Part shown: one piece after another, positions 37,392 through 45,838 of the stretch
Layout: the number at the start of each line of letters is the position of its first letter
Numbering within the stretch: the stretch's first letter is position 1
DNA from: a virus
Taxonomy: Duplodnaviria; Caudoviricetes
IMG/VR virus record: IMGVR_UViG_3300018472_000401
Coordinates: 1 to 64,000 of that record
Strand: one strand, 5' to 3'
Length of the DNA stretch: 64,000 bases
Notes under the pieces: model-generated
Seen by the model: the letters and a program-made list of their open reading frames with translations, nothing else
What the model was told of the DNA's origin: nothing
Databases searched by the model: none
Translations under genes and position numbers: made by a program

Positions 37392-37964
37392 CTATTTGTT
37401 GATAAATTCTAATACTTGTGAAACTAATTCATTCAGAGGCGTTGTCGCTGTGTTCACCTGTAACACCCTTACGCCTATCTCCTGCCACTTCTTTGCGGCT
37501 CTCATACAACGCAACTGCTTATCGAATACCTTTCTCACGCTTTGAGCTGTTCTCTTCCCATTCTTTCCGTTGCTCCTGTTCCCCAGTCGGTTGAAAATGG
37601 TAAGGTTGTCGGCATAAAGCGATATTACATACTGCTGTTCTGCCTTGAATAAAGCGTTCATGAGGTTCATCCCGAAAGTGTCTAAAAAACTACCCTCGCA
37701 GATGATTATATCACGATGCTTCAACCCCTCTTCTACGACTTCCGCAAGGCGTGAAGTACAGGAAGAGCCTTTATCGTTAGTTATTCGGTCAACACCTCCG
37801 TATCTCGTTTCTCCGTATCTTCCTGCAAAGCAGATGATGCCCTCCTTGCAGTATGAAACATCGTTAGTTATTCGGTCAACACCTCCGTATCTCGTTATGA
37901 TAGCCCACGCCAAAGAGGATTTGCCGGAACAATTTGTACCCGTTATGAACACGCACTTTTTCAT
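37392..37964 (-). CDS. P-loop kinase, 5-hmU DNA kinase-like (true start MKKCVF at 37964)
   Basis: GTNCSGKSS P-loop, AGRY...GGVDRI, IICEGS; ATGA-coupled to the upstream gene. Confidence 0.65.
   Translation of the reverse strand: MKKCVFITGTNCSGKSSLAWAIITRYGGVDRITNDVSYCKEGIICFAGRYGETRYGGVDRITNDKGSSCTSRLAEVVEEGLKHRDIIICEGSFLDTFGMNLMNALFKAEQQYVISLYADNLTIFNRLGNRSNGKNGKRTAQSVRKVFDKQLRCMRAAKKWQEIGVRVLQVNTATTPLNELVSQVLEFINK
37773..37896. repeat. Exact 37-nt direct repeat in the kinase gene
   Basis: 37773-37809 is identical to 37860-37896; encodes TRYGGVDRITND twice. Confidence 0.9.
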
Positions 37965-38635
37965 AGCAAACTGACAATGAGGTTTTCCCACTCGCAGCCC
38001 TTGATGTCTTCCAACAGCCTTTCGGTGTAAAAGCCGTTCCAACGTGTCCCCTTGCGAATTTTCTCAACGGCACACAGGCTTGTTTCGAGGGCAAACACGT
38101 TGTCCCCAGTATCACGTTTGGCATCCTCTATGAACTGCGTTAATTTTCCCCGATTTTGCGTTCTCGCAACTATCTCAGCACCCCTTGTATAGTTTTCCTT
38201 TCGCTCGAATTTAAGTGCGAGGTCGTCAATTATTTGCTTTCCGCTGACCTTTGCCCACACTTCGAGAAAGAGGAAAGCAGCGTACCGCCCGAAGAAGTAC
38301 CACGATGTAACGATGTTGTATTGCTCCGTTGTGGTCTGCGCCCGGTCAAGTTGCTCCAGCATACCGGGGTTCAAGTTCTGCATAATACGGTCAAAAGTGT
38401 CACCAATGCGGACATACCTGCGGTCGGTTCTAAACTTTAATTCGCCTTTCGGTGTATTGTGGTTGCGCAGGAGCATCAATGCGCTGGGGATATGGTACGT
38501 TGTAGCGTAGTAATATACAAGCCGGAAGCTGTTCCAGCGTGACAAATGGAAGTGTGCCGAAAGTGAGGCAATCATTTTCTCCTCAACTCCGGCATCGCCT
38601 CCCATGTGGTATTGTATGTACTCTGCGTAATCCAT
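37961..38635 (-). CDS. Amino acid:DNA transferase-like (aGPT-Pplase2/ADDT, HhH-related)
   Basis: FRTDRRY, FFGRYAAFLFLE and ETSLC motifs. Confidence 0.6.
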   Translation of the reverse strand: MDYAEYIQYHMGGDAGVEEKMIASLSAHFHLSRWNSFRLVYYYATTYHIPSALMLLRNHNTPKGELKFRTDRRYVRIGDTFDRIMQNLNPGMLEQLDRAQTTTEQYNIVTSWYFFGRYAAFLFLEVWAKVSGKQIIDDLALKFERKENYTRGAEIVARTQNRGKLTQFIEDAKRDTGDNVFALETSLCAVEKIRKGTRWNGFYTERLLEDIKGCEWENLIVSLL

Positions 38636-38647
38636 AGGGCAAGTACG

Positions 38648-39442
38648 TTATTCTGCACCCTCTATTGAGGGGATAATCTCTTCAAGACGGTACACGACCT
38701 TGTCAATGGACGGCATACCGAGAAGTTGTGCCAACTCCGGCAGACGCTCTTTGGGGTACACGATGATAACACGCTCCATAGCCGTTTCATCCGTTCCCTC
38801 AATCTTAGGCAGGGTGTCCGGGTTAATGTCAACGCCCTGCAATTCCGGGGGCAGCGCATCCTGAAAGGCATCCGCTGGGTTGTCCTCCTCGCTTGCATCA
38901 GGCATAGCCGGGGTAGGTTGTGCCGGGGACGGGGTTGCGCCCATAGGGGTAAAGGCGGTGGGGTTAGCGTTCCACACATCAAGTCCCCAGTCGCCAAGTT
39001 TGGCTTCATCCCACTTGTTGGCAAGGGCATCGAAGTCCCACTGACCGAAACTTGCGTTGTCCTTAATCATGAACTGCTTGCGCTCCGATGCGGATAACTC
39101 ACTGGCGTTGATAACAAGGGCTGTCGGCTTCTCCAGCCATTTTTCCCAGTAATCGACAAGCACCTTGCGCTCGCCATCTGACTTCTCCACAAAGTCGGCT
39201 ATAGTCAAGAGCCTGTTGGAAATATCCCCTGCGCTCATCTTTGCGATTGCTCGCAATGCCTCCGTGCGCATATTACCGCCAAGGGCACACATCTTGTTGT
39301 CCACAACGATTGGGCGCAACTCCAGCATCTTTGGCAGCACAAGGATTGAGTTGATTAGCTTGCCGAATTTCTCTTTGGTGATGGTACGGGGGTTGTCCCC
39401 GTTGAGTTTCACTTGTGAGAGTTTTACCTGTTCTACTTTCAT
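38648..39442 (-). CDS. ParB/Srx N-terminal domain protein
   Basis: NPRTI...RPIVVD...GGNMR motif. Confidence 0.8.
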   Translation of the reverse strand: MKVEQVKLSQVKLNGDNPRTITKEKFGKLINSILVLPKMLELRPIVVDNKMCALGGNMRTEALRAIAKMSAGDISNRLLTIADFVEKSDGERKVLVDYWEKWLEKPTALVINASELSASERKQFMIKDNASFGQWDFDALANKWDEAKLGDWGLDVWNANPTAFTPMGATPSPAQPTPAMPDASEEDNPADAFQDALPPELQGVDINPDTLPKIEGTDETAMERVIIVYPKERLPELAQLLGMPSIDKVVYRLEEIIPSIEGAE

Positions 39443-39473
39443 TATTTATAAATCTTTTAGTTTACTCTTTTGG

Positions 39474-39508
39474 CGCAAAGTTACACAAATATGTTTGTAT
39501 TATAAGCG
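39474..39508 (-). promoter_or_regulatory. Late promoter of the modification-packaging operon with palindromic box C
   Basis: TAACTTTGCG at 39483-39474; CGCTTATAATACAAACA (reverse complement of 39492-39508). Confidence 0.6.
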
Positions 39509-39525
39509 TTTGAATGGAAAAACAT

Positions 39526-40080
39526 CTATTTTTTAGTTGATTTTCTCACAACTTTCACAGGTAAGCCGCTCCATTCCCATGCGATTAGAGCCGCATCACG
39601 CCCCTCTTGGTTCGTTCTGCCCATTATCCCGGTAAAGGCTGAAAGTTCCTCCTGCGTTATCTTTCCGTCCTTTCCCTGCCACAGATTTACACCCCCGACT
39701 TTCAGGGCAAGGGGCTTTATCAATTCGTAGGGTATCTGCCAGTGTTCGCACATTTCGGCTATCTTTCTGCCAACCTCATGATTGCGCCCGGCTGCGTTCC
39801 CCTTTGCTGCTGCACTCTGTTTCGTGTCCTTGGGAAGCAGATGCCAGTGAGCCTTATTCAGCCATCCAGCTTCAATGATTACACGGACATTCTTTTGGGT
39901 TACTTCGGACTGCCTTTTGATATAACGCAGGAAGTCTAACAGGTCAGGAAAGGTGAGCGTGGAAATTTCCAGCTTACGTGTAGCCACTTCGAGGTAGGCG
40001 CACCCTGACTTTTCTACATCGGGGTCAATCCCGACCACACAATCAACCTTTATAGGCTTTTTTGATGGTATTCTAATCAT
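39526..40080 (-). CDS. RuvC-like Holliday junction resolvase/nuclease
   Basis: VVGIDPD...IIEAGW...RDAAL RNase H-fold motifs. Confidence 0.7.
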   Translation of the reverse strand: MIRIPSKKPIKVDCVVGIDPDVEKSGCAYLEVATRKLEISTLTFPDLLDFLRYIKRQSEVTQKNVRVIIEAGWLNKAHWHLLPKDTKQSAAAKGNAAGRNHEVGRKIAEMCEHWQIPYELIKPLALKVGGVNLWQGKDGKITQEELSAFTGIMGRTNQEGRDAALIAWEWSGLPVKVVRKSTKK

Positions 40081-40174
40081 ATTTTGTTGATATTCAATTA
40101 TTTATGCGTTATTATTGCACATTTGTGATTATTTTTTATGTTCGGACGGCAAGACAAGAGAGGGCATTTTTTCG

Positions 40175-40203
40175 CCCCCTCCCCCCTATAGTCCCCCCTC
40201 CCC
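40175..40203 (-). other. Intergenic potential G-quadruplex
   Basis: Minus strand GGGG-A-GGGGGG-ACTATA-GGGGGG-A-GGGGG. Confidence 0.6.
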
Positions 40204-40218
40204 ATTGCGAACGGGGTA

Positions 40219-41307
40219 TCAGAACACGGAAAATTCGATGCTGTCAATGCGGTTTTTTATCACTTTCATTGCCGTTACGACATTCTGTTCCCGATAGTCA
40301 AATTTACCCTCAACCCCGGCAAAGGCGACCATGCCCGTGTGGAGGTGCTGGGTGAGCGGTGGTACGATGCTTGGAGCAAGGTTGCGGTCGTTCAGTTTCT
40401 CCGCAAGAAGTTTATCCATATCCCGGTTGTGCTGCTTCAACAGGTCGATAAACAGCGTGGAAATAATAGCGTATGTCCGCTGCTCGTCAAAGCCGTACTG
40501 CGGCACTTTCCGCTTCAACTCCTGATTTACGGAGAAATAGAGTATTGTCAAGTCCCGGCTTATCTCGTCCATGCACATTTCGGTCTGCTTGACTACGTTC
40601 TGCAGGTGGTTGTAGTCAAGTTCCCTGCGCAACTCCTCGTTGTACTTCTGATGCACCATTTTCAGTGTCCGGCTCAACTTCTTTAGCAGAGTGACCTTGT
40701 CACGGGCAGCACACGCCATAGCCTTGTCAGCGTACACCCAAGCAAGGTGAGTGATGATGAGCGGAACGAAAGAAACACGCATCTGTTCGTCCAGCGTGAG
40801 CCGTTCCATCATCTTGCGAGTTCTTTCCGAAACATCGTCCCGGAACTTCTTTTCCTGCAACTCTTTAATGTCGGGCATCTTCGGTTGCTGCCGGGGCTTC
40901 TCCGTCTTCGGCTGTGGCAATTCCCCGTCATAGTCCCAAAAGGACAATTTGCCTTTCACGCCCGTAATCGGTTCGGGAAACATGACCGGGTTAACCAGTA
41001 CCCAGTTCCATACTCCTTTTTCTGCCCATAGTGATGGGTGGTTCTGAACACAATCGACAATCTCAACGCTGCCGATGATTGCGCCCTTTGGCAAGTCCTC
41101 GTTGCTTCCGTAGAGTTTATCCTTGTGTCCTGACACCTTATCCAACTGCTCCTTGTTTAGCGCACTCCAGCCCTCCTTCACCGGGGTCTTTGCAGCATGA
41201 ATAAGCACACGTCCCCGGAAGTTGGTTTTCCATGTCCTGTTTTCTATGTTTTTCAGCCCGGACACAATCAGGCTCGCCCACGGCTGTTTAATCGTTATTA
41301 CTTTCAT
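40219..41307 (-). CDS. ASCH-domain protein fused to an uncharacterised C-terminal domain
   Basis: TIKQPWASLI..G.K.IENR, RGRVLIHA and GKLSFW motifs in the first ~135 aa. Confidence 0.8.
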   Translation of the reverse strand: MKVITIKQPWASLIVSGLKNIENRTWKTNFRGRVLIHAAKTPVKEGWSALNKEQLDKVSGHKDKLYGSNEDLPKGAIIGSVEIVDCVQNHPSLWAEKGVWNWVLVNPVMFPEPITGVKGKLSFWDYDGELPQPKTEKPRQQPKMPDIKELQEKKFRDDVSERTRKMMERLTLDEQMRVSFVPLIITHLAWVYADKAMACAARDKVTLLKKLSRTLKMVHQKYNEELRRELDYNHLQNVVKQTEMCMDEISRDLTILYFSVNQELKRKVPQYGFDEQRTYAIISTLFIDLLKQHNRDMDKLLAEKLNDRNLAPSIVPPLTQHLHTGMVAFAGVEGKFDYREQNVVTAMKVIKNRIDSIEFSVF

Positions 41308-41506
41308 GCTTTTCATATTCTTCGATGTCATTGATTTTATCCTTAATCAGTTGATAGAAGTTATCAGCTTCTTTTGCTTTATGCGAAATGTTCCACCTGA
41401 AATAATCAGCAGTCATATATTCGGGGTCTTCCGGCACATGTTCATAAGTAAAAACAGCCCATTTGTCGGCAAATAGTATTCGCCATATAGCGCATAATTT
41501 TCTCAT
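41288..41506 (-). CDS. Hypothetical protein
   Basis: ORF in the early operon. Confidence 0.5.
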   Translation of the reverse strand: MRKLCAIWRILFADKWAVFTYEHVPEDPEYMTADYFRWNISHKAKEADNFYQLIKDKINDIEEYEKHESNND

Positions 41507-41814
41507 TCCATACCTCCTTTCTTCAACTCCGCAATAAGAGCATTAGCACCGCTTACGCTCCATTCTGCCAATGTTCCAATCTTTGCATCCACAAGCATAT
41601 TATGCGGATTAGTAGCGAAGCCTCTCATAAGTTCTTTTGCAATCTCGTACCTGCGCTGCTCCCAGTCAATCTCTGTTTCAAATTCAAGAGCAAACATAGG
41701 AAACTTACGACCGTTCTCTGTTTCGTAGAATGCAAGGCGTACATTGAGGGGTTCACTGCAAGGTCTAACATCTACGACCTCGCCTGTATCTTTAACTCTT
41801 GCTTTCATAATCAC
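41503..41814 (-). CDS. Hypothetical protein
   Basis: IDWEQRRYEIAKE motif typical of Bacteroides phage proteins. Confidence 0.6.
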   Translation of the reverse strand: MIMKARVKDTGEVVDVRPCSEPLNVRLAFYETENGRKFPMFALEFETEIDWEQRRYEIAKELMRGFATNPHNMLVDAKIGTLAEWSVSGANALIAELKKGGME

Positions 41815-42524
41815 TTGTTTTTATGTTCAACACCATACCCAAACAGGGCAAAATCACCTCTTGCCGGGTCATTAGGGAATATCTCACGCATTGCGTTAGT
41901 AATCTCAACAGCCGTTTTCATGTCCGCTTGCTTCCGGCTCGTCAAGCCAAGTTCCAGTGCCATTCTATGCACGTGCGTATCAAGCGGAATTATAAGGCTA
42001 TCAGGGCTGACCTTTCGCCAAATGCCCATATCCACCGGGCTACCCGTCCGAACTATCCACCGCAGGAACATACAGAGCCGCTTGCAGGCAGAGCCCTTGT
42101 CGTAGTCGGGAATACCGTTGATGCCGTTGAAGTAGGCAGAGAGGGCTTGCACGGGCGTTTTATCAGACCAAGCCACTACCATATCCTCCATACGCTCAAA
42201 ATCCTCATACAGCCTGTATAGGCGGTCGCCCAGCCTGTATAAATCATCGTAGGACAGGAAACGGTAAAACTTCCTGTGGTCGTTGTAGTAGAGGTTGTAC
42301 TGCTTCGTCATTAGCCAGCAATAGGGGTCATCGCAAAAGTCCTTATCCAGCCAGTCAGCCGCCTTGATGATTGCCTTGCGGTTTCCAAAGGAGAGCCAAG
42401 AGGTAATGAAACCGCTGATTTCGGCTCGTTTCCCTATGTGCTTCCGGGGGAACTGCACGGGGTCATTGGCTATAAAGCCCTCGACCTCGTATTTGTCAGC
42501 CCATTCTATCAATTTGCGCTTCAT
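41811..42524 (-). CDS. TIGR02757/DUF2400-like (HhH-GPD-related) protein
   Basis: FIANDPVQFP, ACKRLCMFLRW.VR, PLDTHV and DPARGDFALFG motifs. Confidence 0.8.
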   Translation of the reverse strand: MKRKLIEWADKYEVEGFIANDPVQFPRKHIGKRAEISGFITSWLSFGNRKAIIKAADWLDKDFCDDPYCWLMTKQYNLYYNDHRKFYRFLSYDDLYRLGDRLYRLYEDFERMEDMVVAWSDKTPVQALSAYFNGINGIPDYDKGSACKRLCMFLRWIVRTGSPVDMGIWRKVSPDSLIIPLDTHVHRMALELGLTSRKQADMKTAVEITNAMREIFPNDPARGDFALFGYGVEHKNK

Positions 42525-42528
42525 AACT

Positions 42529-42810
42529 TTACCCTTTAACCCGTCCTAAAAATGCCAGCCTCAATACATCGTACTGCTGACCGACTACCGCAACTTCAAT
42601 CATCGCCTCTTCATCGGCAACATCATTTACCCGTAAGAGGGGATATTCAGCCCCGTTGGAGGTTTTCAAAAACTCCTGCATTGCATCGTCCGTTATCTGC
42701 TCATCACTTTGGGTGAAATACTTATCGAGGCTCGCAATGATGTGTTTGTTCAAGTAGTCCTCACTGTAAGCTGCTGCAATCTTCTGCTTGTTTCGGAGTG
42801 AGTATCTCAT
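42529..42810 (-). CDS. Hypothetical protein
   Basis: ORF in the early operon. Confidence 0.6.
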   Translation of the reverse strand: MRYSLRNKQKIAAAYSEDYLNKHIIASLDKYFTQSDEQITDDAMQEFLKTSNGAEYPLLRVNDVADEEAMIEVAVVGQQYDVLRLAFLGRVKG

Positions 42811-42863
42811 TTTGTGCCTCCTTTCAGTAGTTCGGGGTTATCTCTGAATTTAATCTGTCTCAT
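42807..42863 (-). pseudogene. Internally deleted yopX-like remnant (18-aa minigene)
   Basis: MRQIKFR fused directly to DNPELLKGGTK, the characteristic YopX N- and C-termini. Confidence 0.6.
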
Positions 42864-43005
42864 CGTCAGCCTCCCTTCCTGTTTCGTGGTGAATTATATC
42901 GGAGAAGTCGCAAGCATCAGCCGGGACATTCCCGAATTTTCCTTTTACACACTCTTCGTAATACTTGCAGTCAGCGCAACTACGTTTTTCTTTTGAATTT
43001 TCCAT
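42850..43005 (-). CDS. 51-aa Cys-containing hypothetical protein (not in the ORF track)
   Basis: MENSKEKRSCADCKYYEEC...; its start overlaps the methylase stop. Confidence 0.5.
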   Translation of the reverse strand: MENSKEKRSCADCKYYEECVKGKFGNVPADACDFSDIIHHETGREADDETD

Positions 43006-44609
43006 TATATTGCCTTTTTAAGTTCGTTCTTGGATAATGTCTTGCAAAGAGCCTCGCAGAGAACTCGTGCCATGTTTACCTCAACCGCATTGCCGATAAA
43101 CTTCTTTTGGTCTGCCTGTGAGCCTACCAGCACGTAATCTTCGGGAAAGCCCATAATCTTTTTCAGTTCGGGTATTTTCAGCATACGCATCTTGATGTCG
43201 ATAATTCCGTAGAGAGCCATAAACTCCTTGATTTTAGCCGTCATCGGGCTATCAGTTGAATAGACTTCAATAAACACCTCGCCCGTTTCCGCTGTAACAA
43301 GATAAGGTGGCATTTTATCCATTCTTGCAATCAGGGTGAAACATGGCTTTTCGACTGAGCCTCCGACATTCTTGTATTGAGGGTTCATCAAGTAGTGGCG
43401 TTTGACCGTTACAAGGTTGAATTTCGGGTTGGTCGTTACAGTATTAGCCGGGACATCCACGGAAGCTGCCGTACCATTCCCGTACTGCATATCAATGAAT
43501 TGTTCTGAACGAATAAGGGCTAACCTGTCTTTCGTTGTAACGGTGGGAGAGGGCATTTCAACGGAATGGTTATTCCCGTTTCCGTAGTATGCCGATATAA
43601 ACGCATGGTGGTCTATGGTCGTGATAGTCCCAGCTGGCTCGTTTACGGAGGTGTTCTTGCTGTCAGGATGTCCGCTGTACTGCTTTGAGAGGAAAGCGAC
43701 CTGTGCGACCCCAAGCCTATTTTGCGTTGCCACCGTAGGACAAGGTTCATCAATACCTGGTGCATTATATTTCCCGGTTCTGCTCATGGAATTGTATTTA
43801 ACAAGAAACGCCTCCTTGCCTCCTGCAATGAATTTTACCAGCCCAGCATATATACGCTCCAGTGTCTTTTCCGACAACGGTTTATCCCTGAATATCGTTT
43901 TGCCCTCGTCTGCGAAGTCAAGAACATCCTTGACGGGCTTCCACTTCGCCAAAGAGCCGAACAGCGTATTTGTCCCGTTCTTGTCGTGGGTCTGACGTGG
44001 GAAGACAATAGGCAAGCCACCCTTTGCGAAGATGCCAAAAAAGCGTTTCCGGCTTGTGTATGCACCATAATCAGCAGCGTTGAGTATGCGGTGGTCAAAC
44101 CTGTAACCGTATGATTTTACTTTGCGCACCCAACGGGTATAACTCTTGCCCTTATCCATAGACACGGGCTTGCCGTTCTCGTCCACCTCACCCCAACTCA
44201 TAAATTCCTCCACGTTCTCAATCTGAATATAGTCCGGGGCTATGGCTTCGATGTATCGGAACAAATGTTCGGCAAGTGTCCGGCTGTCGGCATCCCTTGG
44301 CTGACCTCCCTTTGCTTTCGAGAAGTTGGTACATTCAAGTGAAGCCCACAAGACTACCAGCGCACCGGGATTGTCCTCACGGCACTTTTTCAGATGCTCT
44401 ACAAGTGGGGACAATTCAAGCGTCCTGATGTCCTCCGTGAAGTGCAGCGCATCGGGGTGGTTTGAAGCGTGGGAGGCTATCGCATTTGCATCGTGGTTTA
44501 CGCAAGCAATCACATCAGCGCATTGCTCACCGTTCAATCGTGCGGAATTTACGCCCGTGGAAGTTCCACCAGCACCGCAAAAGAGGTCTATGTATAATAA
44601 CTTTTTCAT
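43005..44609 (-). CDS. C5-cytosine DNA methyltransferase
   Basis: DLFCGAGG (motif I), SLEC (motif IV variant), ENVEEF (VI), RKRFF (VIII), IGNAV (X). Confidence 0.9.
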   Translation of the reverse strand: MKKLLYIDLFCGAGGTSTGVNSARLNGEQCADVIACVNHDANAIASHASNHPDALHFTEDIRTLELSPLVEHLKKCREDNPGALVVLWASLECTNFSKAKGGQPRDADSRTLAEHLFRYIEAIAPDYIQIENVEEFMSWGEVDENGKPVSMDKGKSYTRWVRKVKSYGYRFDHRILNAADYGAYTSRKRFFGIFAKGGLPIVFPRQTHDKNGTNTLFGSLAKWKPVKDVLDFADEGKTIFRDKPLSEKTLERIYAGLVKFIAGGKEAFLVKYNSMSRTGKYNAPGIDEPCPTVATQNRLGVAQVAFLSKQYSGHPDSKNTSVNEPAGTITTIDHHAFISAYYGNGNNHSVEMPSPTVTTKDRLALIRSEQFIDMQYGNGTAASVDVPANTVTTNPKFNLVTVKRHYLMNPQYKNVGGSVEKPCFTLIARMDKMPPYLVTAETGEVFIEVYSTDSPMTAKIKEFMALYGIIDIKMRMLKIPELKKIMGFPEDYVLVGSQADQKKFIGNAVEVNMARVLCEALCKTLSKNELKKAI

Positions 44610-44956
44610 TTTACAATCTTGTTAGGTGTCATATCAATATCCCAGTCGAGGATGTTAGGTGCGCTCGCATGGATTTCACCGCAGCGCATCCCGAAACTAT
44701 CTTTCACGATTTGCTTTGCCTCCTCCTTTGAGGTTGCGTACACTTTCGCCTCACCCTCGAACACAAAGCGGATTTTCACCATATAGTCCTGCCGCTGCTC
44801 CACCGGGAGGTTGAGCCGGAACAACTTGTTTTCAACGTACCTCCTCTTCCGGGCAATCTTCTTTCGTTCTTGTTCAGAACTGGCTGCACTCTCTTCCTGC
44901 TCCAACTCCTTAATGCGTTTTACATACGCTTCTCTTTTGATTTTAATCTCTTCCAT
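44606..44956 (-). CDS. Hypothetical protein; sRNA-seed site upstream
   Basis: TCCACAACAAC ends 1 nt before the ATG (44968-44958). Confidence 0.65.
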   Translation of the reverse strand: MEEIKIKREAYVKRIKELEQEESAASSEQERKKIARKRRYVENKLFRLNLPVEQRQDYMVKIRFVFEGEAKVYATSKEEAKQIVKDSFGMRCGEIHASAPNILDWDIDMTPNKIVK

Positions 44957-45034
44957 TGTTGTTGTGGATTGTTATTTTCTTCAAATCTCAAGCGAGCGCA
45001 ACTAAATACGCTCGCTTGGAACATTCGTTGCTTT

Positions 45035-45838
45035 TTACTTTTTCGTTGCATTAGGCGCAAGATTTCGCCACTTCCTGCGGTCTTCTCCCCGTATCTCGAA
45101 ATAGTTGCACATTTCGCTTAATCGGCTTGCTACACGGTCGCCATAGCGGTTAAGCAGCTTGTCGCCTCCCAGTTTTAGGTTGGTGGTAATCAGCGTGAGG
45201 CAGTCCGACCTGTCGCCCCGGTACTCAATCAGGGAGCGCATCACCTCCAACCTGTTGCCCATATAAAGCGACTCCAGCGGCTCGCTGCCGAAGTCCTGCA
45301 CGGAAAGGATATTGCGTTGCTTGAACCTCCGTATGTCCCCGGTTTCGGTATAGGTGTCGCAGAGGGCATCGGCACGGACGGAGTTCCACGACAATGGGCA
45401 GGTGTCCCGTTCCTCGACATATTTCACCTTGAAACCCATTACCCGGCAATACGCTTGCATAATATCCAAGCACCAAGACTTTCCCGTGCCAGTCGCCCCG
45501 GCTATGTAGATGCCGTGCCTGAGATTTCCCGGTATCACCTGCGATGTTTCGGGGTGTAGGCACTGCATCTTCGTGTCGCAGCGGCACCAGCGTATGAAGT
45601 TCTCATACGTGAAGCGGTTTTCATCGTCAATCACGAAATACGGGGTGCGGCTCTTGCCGATTGCCTCAATTATCTGCATTTCCTCCTCCATGTCGTAGTC
45701 GAGGTACTGATAACGGGTTATCTGCGCAAACAAGCCCCTTTCCCGGATTGCATTCAGAATGAGGTCAATTTTCGGGGTCTGCACTTTCACGGTTTTCTCG
45801 TTACCGTTCTTGTCCTTGATGTTTTTCGTTACTTCCAT
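45035..45838 (-). CDS. DnaC/IstB-like ATPase (helicase loader)
   Basis: GATGTGKS, QDFGSE and RYGDRVASRL motifs; follows the initiator gene. Confidence 0.8.
   Translation of the reverse strand: MEVTKNIKDKNGNEKTVKVQTPKIDLILNAIRERGLFAQITRYQYLDYDMEEEMQIIEAIGKSRTPYFVIDDENRFTYENFIRWCRCDTKMQCLHPETSQVIPGNLRHGIYIAGATGTGKSWCLDIMQAYCRVMGFKVKYVEERDTCPLSWNSVRADALCDTYTETGDIRRFKQRNILSVQDFGSEPLESLYMGNRLEVMRSLIEYRGDRSDCLTLITTNLKLGGDKLLNRYGDRVASRLSEMCNYFEIRGEDRRKWRNLAPNATKK

Noticed and set aside
40104-40355. 83-aa + strand ORF containing PPIVPP
   Set aside because: By-product of the C-rich tract; antisense to the operon and no start context
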